Under the pieces are notes generated by a model that had not been told where the DNA came from, made no database searches, and worked only from the letters and a program-made list of their open reading frames with translations. 64,000 bases of DNA from a virus (taxonomy: Duplodnaviria; Caudoviricetes): IMG/VR virus record IMGVR_UViG_2904196114_000002; one strand, written 5' to 3'. The translations under genes and the position numbers were made by a program. Within the stretch, counting starts at the first letter, position 1. The number at the start of each line of letters is the position of its first letter. Below are positions 53,427 to 62,292 of this stretch, piece by piece.

Positions 53427-54044
53427 CTATTTTAAATCTACATCTATAATTGTAAGTGCATTTGATGTACTCAATGCAAAATCAACTTCCTTTTCAAATT
53501 CTTCTATTTCATTCCTTAACTTTTCTATTTTCTCTCTTACTTTTAAAGGGTCTACTAAAGACCATTCCTGTTGTTTTTTATAAAATGAAATAAGTTCTGC
53601 TCCATCTTTACTTTTTTCTTTTTCCTCAAACATTTTATCTGTATTTCTTTGTACTTCTTCATTTCTACGATTTACTTCAGACATCATACAATCATAGTTA
53701 CTAACCATTTGTCTCAACAAGGATTTATCTAATTCTATACTATTCTTTCTTTTTATTGCTTCTAAAACCGTATAATTTTTATTAGCAATTTGAACATTTG
53801 TTATAGCATTAGAGATATTAATTGCTTTATCTAATGCATTATAATTATATATTAAATCTTCTATTTGCTGGTATTTACTTGAAACTTCTACATTAAAATC
53901 TTCTACACTTGTTTTTGTTTCATATACATTTTTATCAGAACCTTTTTTAGTACCTACAATTTTAAAATTACTAATGCATCTATCTATCTTATCTTCTAAT
54001 AACTTCTTTTCTGCTAAAGCTTTATGAACATTATATTTAACCAT
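53427..54044 (-). CDS. Coiled-coil protein resembling the DIP1984/DUF6847 family
   Basis: KALAEKKLL N-terminus; duplicated motif AINISNAIT / ALSTSNALT; TVLEAI; family call from memory. Confidence 0.6.
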   Translation of the reverse strand: MVKYNVHKALAEKKLLEDKIDRCISNFKIVGTKKGSDKNVYETKTSVEDFNVEVSSKYQQIEDLIYNYNALDKAINISNAITNVQIANKNYTVLEAIKRKNSIELDKSLLRQMVSNYDCMMSEVNRRNEEVQRNTDKMFEEKEKSKDGAELISFYKKQQEWSLVDPLKVREKIEKLRNEIEEFEKEVDFALSTSNALTIIDVDLK

Positions 54045-54099
54045 AAAAACATCTCCCTTTTAATTAAAATATTATTTTAAAATAACAAACTCTTTTTAT

Positions 54100-54189
54100 T
54101 GGAAGAGAGGAAGGGATTTGAACCCTCGTATCAATTAATTGACCTAATAGTTTAGCAAACTATCCTCTTTACCACTTGAGTACCTCTCC
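54100..54189 (-). tRNA. tRNA-Ser (GCT)
   Basis: GGAGAGG acceptor, ATAGT-TTGCTAA-ACTAT anticodon arm, long variable arm, GGTTCAAATCC T arm, encoded CCA. Confidence 0.9.
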
Positions 54190-54194
54190 ATATT

Positions 54195-54271
54195 TGGTAG
54201 GAATAATAGGAGTCGAACCTATGACCTTTCGGGTATGAACCGAACGCTCTAGCCACCTGAGCTATATCCCT
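54195..54271 (-). tRNA. tRNA-Met (CAT), elongator-like
   Basis: AGGGATATAGCTCAGGTGGCTAGAGCG TTCGG-TTCATAC-CCGAA AGGTC ATAGG-TTCGACT-CCTAT TATTCCT ACCA. Confidence 0.9.
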
Positions 54272-54485
54272 TTTAGTAATATCATCATCTCTGTATTAAC
54301 AGATATCTATTATTAATTACTAGAACTTTAACCCATATATTACAATCATGAATAATATATCCGAAGCTTTAGCTGAGGATAACAACTGAACGAAGTGAAG
54401 GCGTTAGTTATAGCTACCGCGTCACTTACGTTCCTTGCTATCACTTCGGCTAACGCCTTGTGATTAAAATTATAATTATAAAATC

Positions 54486-55049
54486 CTACTTATTACATAT
54501 TTTATATAATGTTTCTTGTTTCTTTTTTGTTCTTTTTCTAATTTTTTCAATTCTATAATTACATTCTTTTAAATAATTAATGAATTTATTAGCAGACATT
54601 ACTCTTCTTTTATTATCTTTTAACTCATATGTATTGATGATATTTTCCAATTCATATTTAAATAACCATTTATTTAAATAGTCATCTTGTATAACCAGTC
54701 CTTCTTCTAATAATTTATTTTGTTTCTTTATTTTTTCTTTGCCTATTGCTGCATCTATATCAGCACAACCTTTACATTGTCCATTGCTCCAATAATATAA
54801 TTGCAATTTTACCTCATAATCTAATGCATCTTTTTCATTTTCAAAATACTTAATAATATCAACATTATAATTATAGTTATTGTTTTTTACTATATCATAC
54901 CATTTTTCATTTCTGATTTGATTATAAATTCTGTCTCCAATTCCTTTTCCAATATAAAAGACATTCTCTTTACCATCATGATCTATAATGTAATGTTTAT
55001 AAACATAATATTTATCCTTTTCAAAGTATTGTAAATTCATAACATACAC
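54486..55049 (-). CDS. GIY-YIG-like endonuclease
   Basis: YYVYKH...VFYIGKG..DR...ALDYE motif. Confidence 0.65.
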   Translation of the reverse strand: MYVMNLQYFEKDKYYVYKHYIIDHDGKENVFYIGKGIGDRIYNQIRNEKWYDIVKNNNYNYNVDIIKYFENEKDALDYEVKLQLYYWSNGQCKGCADIDAAIGKEKIKKQNKLLEEGLVIQDDYLNKWLFKYELENIINTYELKDNKRRVMSANKFINYLKECNYRIEKIRKRTKKKQETLYKICNK

Positions 55050-55067
55050 CTTTAAAATATTTCTTTC

Positions 55068-55135
55068 AAAAAAATCCGATGACCTGCATATTGATATATA
55101 TATTTATATAAGTATGCGAGTTATCGGAAAAATTA
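55068..55135. repeat. Large imperfect palindrome, copy 1
   Basis: TCCGATGACCTGCATA-(TTGATATATATATTTATATAAG)-TATGCGAGTTATCGGA; related copy at 62715-62783. Confidence 0.8.
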
Positions 55136-56059
55136 ATATGAGTTGTATTTTACTAGTTTATTATTAATATTACTATTATTATTTCTATACCTAAAAGCTT
55201 TAACAATTATATCTAATAACTCTTTATTTTTCATAACATTAGTTCTATATTCTGTCTTATGTACTTGATATAACTTAACTAATCCTATTTCTCTTGCAAA
55301 TTCATTGAATGCTATGTATTTATCTTTCTGAGTTACATTTAATTCATGTTTATTATGTTTCACCATATTTACTACTCTATTATAATTTTCTTTATCTTTT
55401 AAAAATGGTGTATTTGCTATAATTCTACATGCATTTAGATAATCTTCATACAAACTATTATCAACTATGATATTTTCTTTTCTTTTAAAGTTTATATTTT
55501 TATCTGCTACCAGTCTAACCTGATATCTAAAATTATCTAATTCTTTATCTTGATTTACTCTATTTTTACAATTTTCTTTATGTGGTATTAATTCACTTTT
55601 AATACTTAAGACATCTATATCTTTAAATGTAGCATATGTAACTGTTTTAGATAGATTAGAGGGCATAAAGATATTATTTTTAATTAATTTATTTTTATAT
55701 CTTGATATGGTATTTTTGTCCACTCCTACTATATTTGCAATTTGATTTGATGATAATATACTCATATTCCCCTTTATATCTTGCATAGTTAGAATCACAG
55801 CCATGTAATATAATAATTTATTTATATCTACTTTACTATCAAATTTCCAGACATTATAAGCAATTTGTTTAAAAATATCATATGCTATATATTCACTGTC
55901 TTTTATTTCTTTTCTATAAAACTTTCTTTTTTTACCTTTTCCATCATAAAAAATATTATTTTCTTCTAATTTAGAAGCATATTTTTTAAAATCTTTATAT
56001 AACGTATTTTCACTAACACATATTATCTTGCTTACTTCTTTTATATTTATTTCTTCTAT
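55133..56059 (-). CDS. Double-HTH DNA-binding protein (~308 aa, probable ATA start)
   Basis: Frame is open from ATA 56059 (RBS GAGAGGA) through the track ORF starting at 55804; HTH-like INIKEVSKIICVSENTLYK and SNQIANIVGVDKNTISRYK. Confidence 0.6.
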   Translation of the reverse strand: MEEINIKEVSKIICVSENTLYKDFKKYASKLEENNIFYDGKGKKRKFYRKEIKDSEYIAYDIFKQIAYNVWKFDSKVDINKLLYYMAVILTMQDIKGNMSILSSNQIANIVGVDKNTISRYKNKLIKNNIFMPSNLSKTVTYATFKDIDVLSIKSELIPHKENCKNRVNQDKELDNFRYQVRLVADKNINFKRKENIIVDNSLYEDYLNACRIIANTPFLKDKENYNRVVNMVKHNKHELNVTQKDKYIAFNEFAREIGLVKLYQVHKTEYRTNVMKNKELLDIIVKAFRYRNNNSNINNKLVKYNSY

Positions 56060-56143
56060 GATATCATCCTCTCTTTCTTAATAAAAAGAAAAAGAAAGAC
56101 TTACTGCTATCTCACGACATGTGCTTTCTTTTTGCTTAAAAGA

Positions 56144-56188
56144 TGGAGATTAATGGAATCGAACCATTAACAATCTCCTATATCTCCA
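56144..56188 (-). other. tRNA-like minihelix (acceptor stem + T arm only)
   Basis: GGAGATT-GTT-AATGG-TTCGATT-CCATT-AATCTCC-A. Confidence 0.55.
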
Positions 56189-56247
56189 CAATGATAAGTC
56201 CAATTAAGACTTATCCATTTTATATTTATATTTTATTTAGTTGTTAA

Positions 56248-56580
56248 CTATTTTAATATCATATGTTCTTTTACAAAAGAATTTATAAATTTAACTGTTG
56301 GTTTAGTACTGGCTGGTATAATATATTTTTCTCCTTCTTTTCCTGGTAAAGTATGTGTTTTTTCACATGCTTCTATTTCTTTTCTTCCTATTTTTAGAAA
56401 TCCACCTATAGTAGCGTCTTCACCTGATTTAAATATATCTACAACTAATTCTTTAAATGCATCTAATACTACATCTACTTCTTTTTGTTTTAGTTCTAAT
56501 CCTTCTTCCTTTAGTTTCTCTTGAAATAATTTTACATATTCATTTTTTCTCATTTTCAATCTCTCCTCGACTTTATACAT
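56248..56580 (-). CDS. HU/IHF-family DNA-binding protein (real start probably 56553)
   Basis: KQKEVDVVLDAFKELVVDIFKSGEDATIGGFLKI...IPASTKPTVKF. Confidence 0.85.
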   Translation of the reverse strand: MYKVEERLKMRKNEYVKLFQEKLKEEGLELKQKEVDVVLDAFKELVVDIFKSGEDATIGGFLKIGRKEIEACEKTHTLPGKEGEKYIIPASTKPTVKFINSFVKEHMILK

Positions 56581-56664
56581 TTTATTTATTTGTAGTAGTA
56601 TTAATTACCCCTACATATATTAATGTCTTTTCCAGCCGATTTTATACCCTATTTTCCCCACCCA

Positions 56665-57855
56665 TTAGTTGCAGTTTTTACAGTTTGAACGATAGCCCTT
56701 TTTCCCATTTTTATCAAACCTTTGTATTAGTTTAATTTCTCCACATTTGCTACATTTTTTATACTTTCCTTTTACTAAATAAACATAATAATATTCGTCT
56801 TCATATATTTCAGTATACTTATCTATAAACTTATTTACTATTCTATCAATATGTAAATTTACATTTTTTTGAGCTATACCTAATTGCTTGGCTATTTCAT
56901 TTTGTGTAACACCTTTTTCCCATAATGATAATATAATTTTTTGTGTATCAGTTAACTCTATTTTATTTAATATGTCTTGTTTACTTAATGCTATCTCATC
57001 TATTAAGTTATCATTATAAGGAATTTGTAATAGAGCTTTTACATGTACTGGGTCAAACATATCTATTAAATCACAGTCTATATTGATGTCATTACAACTA
57101 TCTTTTAATGGAGCTTTCCAAATTATGTTTTTATCTTTTTGGAGTTTGACTTGTAACATATCATCCTGAACTAGTGGTAGTTGTTTGATTGCAAACCTGT
57201 AAATATCCCCGCCTTTTTTAATTCTTAATTTTACATTATTTGAATTTATACTTTTTGATAAATTTTCTCTATGCTCTTTATCATTTTTTAAGTTTAATAA
57301 ATACTGTTTATATTTATAATAATCTTCTATTTCAGAATATTTTAATCTATCTTTTTTACTTATTTTTATATCTGGAGATAGTTTAAAATTTTTCTGATTT
57401 TTTAGTATTCTTACTGGTTTTCCATTTGAATTTTCATTGTCTTCAACATCAAATTCAACCACCTCTGCATGTTTTCGCATTTTTTTCTCTTGTTGCATAC
57501 TCCTTTTAAATTCTGAATAAGAGTCATATACTTTTATATTTTCTTTTTCTTCTTTTTTATCATCCTTTGCTAATAGATATGTACCTACTTTTTCTAAGAA
57601 ATGACTTATATTGGTTTCTGACCATAATACATCTGTTGTATTTAAATTAGCTTTGCATATTCCTTTATCGAATACTTCTTGCCAAAATTCATCATCACTG
57701 AATTTAAGCTCATCTATATTTTTTAGATTTAATAATTCATCAATAAATTTCTTTCTTTCTTCTAATGTTTCTAATTTATAGTCTAATTTATGCATGTAGT
57801 CCCAAATACTTTTATTATCTATTTTCCCTTTGAAATTGCCACTTATCAAAGCCAT
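56665..57855 (-). CDS. Putative transcription regulator with sigma region-4-like HTH and C-terminal Zn finger
   Basis: LTDTQKIILSLWEKGVTQNEIAKQLGIAQKNV; CSKC...CKNC. Confidence 0.6.
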   Translation of the reverse strand: MALISGNFKGKIDNKSIWDYMHKLDYKLETLEERKKFIDELLNLKNIDELKFSDDEFWQEVFDKGICKANLNTTDVLWSETNISHFLEKVGTYLLAKDDKKEEKENIKVYDSYSEFKRSMQQEKKMRKHAEVVEFDVEDNENSNGKPVRILKNQKNFKLSPDIKISKKDRLKYSEIEDYYKYKQYLLNLKNDKEHRENLSKSINSNNVKLRIKKGGDIYRFAIKQLPLVQDDMLQVKLQKDKNIIWKAPLKDSCNDINIDCDLIDMFDPVHVKALLQIPYNDNLIDEIALSKQDILNKIELTDTQKIILSLWEKGVTQNEIAKQLGIAQKNVNLHIDRIVNKFIDKYTEIYEDEYYYVYLVKGKYKKCSKCGEIKLIQRFDKNGKKGYRSNCKNCN

Positions 57856-58009
57856 AGCTTACCCCCTCACTATTATTATGTCTGTCACATTTATTCCCAT
57901 GATATTGACATTCTGGACATTTATATATATTTCTTTTTCCAATTATATTCCAGTCATCTAAAAATTCACTATAATCCTCTCTTAATATTTTTATATTTTT
58001 GTTTACCAT
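57815..58009 (-). CDS. Small Cys-containing hypothetical protein
   Basis: YKCPEC motif; weak start context, possibly frameshifted from an ATG at ~58052. Confidence 0.3.
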   Translation of the reverse strand: MVNKNIKILREDYSEFLDDWNIIGKRNIYKCPECQYHGNKCDRHNNSEGVSYGFDKWQFQRENR

Positions 58010-58212
58010 CTTCTAGTCCTTTCATCTTTTTGTATTCTTTACTTTTCTTCATATTTTAACCTCCGTTTCAATTTTGTTTTTTAATTTTATTTAGTTGTTA
58101 AATGTTTTTCATATATAAATTTCCTCCTATTAATTTAATATTTTATCTATAATTATATATTAACATTTTATATTATTTTTGTCAATTTAGTATTTTATTC
58201 AGTTTTATTCCC

Positions 58213-58472
58213 TGTTGATAAGCTGTTAGTAAGTTGTTGATAACATGTTGATAAGTTGCAATTTTATTAACAATTTGTATTTTTATCTGTGCATAACTAT
58301 ATAATTTTTAAATTGTTTCAGATACTTTAATTTTTCGATGTACCATCTCGTGGTATATCGAGGCAAAAATCGAAAAAACGTTGAAATATAGCGATTCTTT
58401 CGATGTACCATCTCGTGGTACATCGAATTTTTCGATATCCCATGCTATGGGCGTACCATGAGATGGTATATT
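58213..58472. promoter_or_regulatory. Putative replication origin: phased DnaA-like boxes plus palindromic iterons
   Basis: TGTTGATAA at 58213, 58235 and 58246 (plus TGTTAGTAA at 58224; 11-bp phase), TGTGCATAA at 58288; TCGATGTACCA-TCTCG-TGGTA(T/C)ATCGA at 58335 and 58400; inverted TACCATGAGATGGTA near 58454. Confidence 0.7.
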
Positions 58473-58608
58473 AATATAAACAGTTTTTAATATATTTGTT
58501 TTTGTATTTATTTGTTTATGTAAAGGGAAAAATTACCTTGAAAAAATGGGAATTATAAATTATAATAAGTTTAAAATAAAAAAAATAGGAGGGTGTAAAA
58601 ATTAGACT

Positions 58609-58848
58609 ATGGTAAAAGAAGATATATTCAAAAGTAAAAGTATTAGCTTAAAAGCTAAAGGTCTTTATGGAACTATCTCAGCATTTAAAAACGAACCTTA
58701 CTTCTCTAAACAATTTTTGATGGACTATTTAGATTTGGGAGCATATTCGTTTAGAATGGCATGGAACGAATTGAAAGACAAGGGCTATCTTGAAGTTAAT
58801 AAAAAATTTGAAAATGGAATATTTGTATATGAATACAAATTGTACTAG
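58609..58848 (+). CDS. Winged-HTH Rep-like protein (short)
   Basis: ISLKAKGLY...AWNELKDKGYL motif of phage/plasmid replication initiator N-termini. Confidence 0.65.
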   Translation: MVKEDIFKSKSISLKAKGLYGTISAFKNEPYFSKQFLMDYLDLGAYSFRMAWNELKDKGYLEVNKKFENGIFVYEYKLY

Positions 58849-58857
58849 GAGTAACTT

Positions 58858-59484
58858 ATGAATAATATAATAAAAATTAAAGATGGTGAGGTTTTAGATG
58901 TTAGACTAGAGGAAGATAGTATTCTTTCGGATGGTTATGGTATATCTCCAAAATTTCTTATGAGAAATAAGGACATACCTATTTACTCAAAAGCTATTTA
59001 CGCTTATCTGGCTAGTTTCGCAGGTAATAAAAAATACTGTCATCCAAGAATGGAAACAATCTATGGAGAGTTGAACATAAGTAAAAATGCTTTTATAAAA
59101 TATGTTGAGGTCTTAAAGGAAAATGGATTTATTAAGGTTTATAGAATCCAAAATGAAAATAATTTATATGGAAATAACGTGTATGAAATTGCAATGTCTA
59201 AGTCAAAAATTCGAGAAAATGCAGAGAGTTACATGAAGACGAAAAGGGAAAAGAAGAAAAGTAAAAAGTCACCTGATGAAGTAGCAGCTTCAACAGATGA
59301 CTCGAAACGAAAAACTTTAAATTCAATTAATGATAATAATATTATAACACAAAAAGAAAAAGATATACAAGTACTAAAAGAAAATGGATTTACTGAATTA
59401 GAAATATATTCTATGTCTGAAAAAGAAATTGCATCAGGTGCGAGTAAGATGAGAGAGATAATAAAAAAACAACAAAAGAAATAA
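58858..59484 (+). CDS. Winged-HTH replication initiator-like protein
   Basis: GYGISPKFLMRNKDI..YSKAIYAYLASFAG...HPRMETIYGELNISKNAFIKYVEVLKENGFI. Confidence 0.7.
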   Translation: MNNIIKIKDGEVLDVRLEEDSILSDGYGISPKFLMRNKDIPIYSKAIYAYLASFAGNKKYCHPRMETIYGELNISKNAFIKYVEVLKENGFIKVYRIQNENNLYGNNVYEIAMSKSKIRENAESYMKTKREKKKSKKSPDEVAASTDDSKRKTLNSINDNNIITQKEKDIQVLKENGFTELEIYSMSEKEIASGASKMREIIKKQQKK

Positions 59485-59610
59485 TAAAAAGGTCACTAAA
59501 TTAGTGACCTTTAAAATCTATTCTAAACGATTTTATTTCTGAATATGAATTAATTATCATGGACGGGCATGGAACTGTCTTAAAATGGCTCTCATTAAAT
59601 ATTTTTAGTA

Positions 59611-60555
59611 TTATTGTTCAAGGTATCCAATTACATTTGCATAGAAACGAGAATCATCATCGACTTCTAGTTGTTTACTTATAAATTGATTAGCATATTT
59701 ATTAAATGTTTTATAGCCCCCTCCAATACCAACAACATAATATCCATCTAGCTGACCAAATTTATTAGTGATTTTATTAATCATATCATCAATAATAGGG
59801 TACATGGCATCAATATAATCATCTAATTTGTATTTAGAACCCTCATACTCTATAACATCAATATCGTTTCTTAATATTACATCTATTTGACTTATTTTTA
59901 TATCTGCACCATTTTTACTATTAAATTTATTTGCTATTGCTGTTTCAAAGTCTATGATTCCTTTTTCTATAGTGTCTGTTACATTAGGATAGTACATATC
60001 ATCCTCATAATCATATTCATAATTACATAAATCTGTAGTACTGCCTCCAACATCTATTCCTAGAATATTCTGTTTAGTAGTAATCTTGTCTACAAGTGAA
60101 ATAAATCCTGAATATCCTTCTGCTTTAACATCAACATTAAGTATTTCAAAAGTTTTTTGTTTTCCATCAATAGTAATTTTTATTTCTCCAGGTTGAATAA
60201 AAATATCTTGAAATAATTTCAAATATTTTTCATTAAACATTTGAGTTGGTGGTAATCCGGTTATCAATTCCACAGAAAGATTATCCTCATCAGGAAATAT
60301 TTCATGAATCATGACTAAAACTTGTTCTAATAAATTTTTTCTAGTATGTTTAAGAACATTATTATTTAAATCTCCTACACCTAGGTAGATTACCTTACCA
60401 TCTTTTTTCATAACACGTGCTTTTGGTGATATTGTTTTTTCAAATTGAAGTTTATTTGGTAACTTTTTTAAAATTAATTCTTTTTCAATATATGCTGCTG
60501 AATTAAGCATACTATTACCTAAGTCTACTGCAACTTTTACTTTTTCTTTTTTCAT
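59611..60555 (-). CDS. parM: ParM/StbA-family actin-like partition ATPase
   Basis: AVDLGNS, TGLP, AEG, GIDVGGSTTD and GIGGG actin-fold motifs. Confidence 0.88.
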   Translation of the reverse strand: MKKEKVKVAVDLGNSMLNSAAYIEKELILKKLPNKLQFEKTISPKARVMKKDGKVIYLGVGDLNNNVLKHTRKNLLEQVLVMIHEIFPDEDNLSVELITGLPPTQMFNEKYLKLFQDIFIQPGEIKITIDGKQKTFEILNVDVKAEGYSGFISLVDKITTKQNILGIDVGGSTTDLCNYEYDYEDDMYYPNVTDTIEKGIIDFETAIANKFNSKNGADIKISQIDVILRNDIDVIEYEGSKYKLDDYIDAMYPIIDDMINKITNKFGQLDGYYVVGIGGGYKTFNKYANQFISKQLEVDDDSRFYANVIGYLEQ

Positions 60556-60572
60556 AAGTAAATCCCCCTAAA

Positions 60573-60806
60573 TTATTTTTGTGGTTTTAAAGCTCCTACT
60601 TTTCTTTTTTTAGCTGTTTCATTTTGATTATTAGTATTAGCTTCGTCAATATCATTATTATTATTATAAATTTCATCTGCATGTAATTGTAGTACTCTTT
60701 TACAATACAATCTTAAACTTCTTTCATCCTTTTCAGCTAGTGATTTTAATTTATCAGCTAATTCTATTGGAATAGGTATCTGTAAATTATAAGTATCCTT
60801 TTTTAT
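60573..60806 (-). CDS. 77-aa RHH protein, probable ParR adaptor (ATA start; missing from ORF track)
   Basis: RBS AGGAGGGG then ATA; KKDTYNLQIPIPIELADKLKSLAEKDERSLRLYCKRVLQ RHH-like fold plus a flexible tail; directly upstream of parM. Confidence 0.7.
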   Translation of the reverse strand: MKKDTYNLQIPIPIELADKLKSLAEKDERSLRLYCKRVLQLHADEIYNNNNDIDEANTNNQNETAKKRKVGALKPQK

Positions 60807-61703
60807 AAAAATCCCCTCCTTTTATAGCTCATTTAGTTTAATTATATTTCAATTGGTATATAATTACAATGCAAATTTAATATAAATTATATATACTATT
60901 AAACTATAATTGTAATACAAAATATACTACAAGCGTAAAGAAGGTTATATTACAATTTGTTTTATATTTAATTATAAATTTTAATATAATTTATATGCAA
61001 TTGCATATTAAATATTAATAATTTTTATAAAAACCATACATACACTACTTAAATTTGAAAATTGTTTTATAAAATTTATCATTTTAGATTGATTTTCTGG
61101 AGTATAGTGTCTACGAAAATTGATATGAAAAATTATATAAATTACTATATATTTTTCTATAAAATAGGCATATTTATATGTTTTAATCTTGAATAAATTG
61201 CATGAAGTATATTTTGTTTGAATTGTATTGAATTTTAAGTAAAAAATGATAACTTGATAGAATTAAAATTTTGTCTATAGGATTTTGAGATGTTCAAATT
61301 TAAAACATACACTATTTAAAATTATTTTATAACAATTATAGTTGATTTATAGGATATAATATATATTTTATATAGTTCATATAAATTAAAATAAAACATA
61401 CACCCCCTGTTCATGCTTTAGCCTTATAACATAGGTTCAAAACATAGATGGGGCTATTTTTTTATCATGATTAATGAAAAATAAGTATTGAATTAACACT
61501 GTTTTATAATACTCGGAGACGGTTTGAAATTGTTCATGAGTGTATGTTTAAAAATTTGAATTAGTGGTGTAATTTTGTATAAATGTTTATTTTAAGGGCT
61601 GAATGGAATTTGGGATGTAGAAGAAAAAGGACTACAAAATGATAATGAATATCATTTGATACTAAAGTCTAAAAATAGCCCCCTTTCTTCTATTTTTAAG
61701 GTC

Positions 61704-61735
61704 AACGTCGTATAATCATCTTATTATACGACGTT
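61704..61735. other. loxP/cer-like tyrosine-recombinase site
   Basis: AACGTCGTATAA-TCATCTTA-TTATACGACGTT: perfect 12-bp arms with an asymmetric 8-bp spacer. Confidence 0.6.
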
Positions 61736-62292
61736 ATTAATGTATGTTAAGAAAAGAAATTACTTTGTTAAAAACGAATAAAAAGGTACTAAATCTTACT
61801 TTTTATTAGAAATAATAATTTATGTTATTTTAAAGATGATAGCATGAGTTATTATTTTTTTGTGTTCATTATTAAATAAAAAAAGCTTATAGAAATAGAA
61901 CTCTTACATTACTAGCTTAATATTATCAGTACATTACTATCATCATCATTGCTACATTTATCACTACATAATCATTACATTTACTTTCTTAATCATCAAT
62001 CAAATTTACATACTATAGTAGATATAAAAAATAATTTACACAATTATGTACTCATATGCAAGTAATATCAACATGTTAAGCAATATTCTTACATGAATAA
62101 TAACTAAATAAAATATATAAATATTATAGAATATATTGACAAAAATTGGAAAGTGATGTATTATTAAATCACCAAATGAATAAAATCAAAAGGAAGTGTG
62201 ACAAATGAAAACTTATAATGACACAAGTTGATTAGAATACGACAATTAGCTGTATATAACATTAACTATTATGTTATAATAATAAAAGGAGC

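Noticed and set aside
54195-54271. CAT tRNA as initiator Met or Ile2
   Set aside because: Lacks the three G-C anticodon-stem pairs and 1-72 mismatch of initiators; arms resemble Firmicute elongator tRNA-Met. Ile2 is not fully excluded.
61449-61683. GGGGCTATTTTT / AAAAATAGCCCC inverted pair as a MITE or cos site
   Set aside because: Only 12 bp, no target-site duplication or second copy; the packaging site cannot be determined from sequence.
61915-62010. CATTA/CATCA-rich tract
   Set aside because: Low-complexity with no consistent period or structure.
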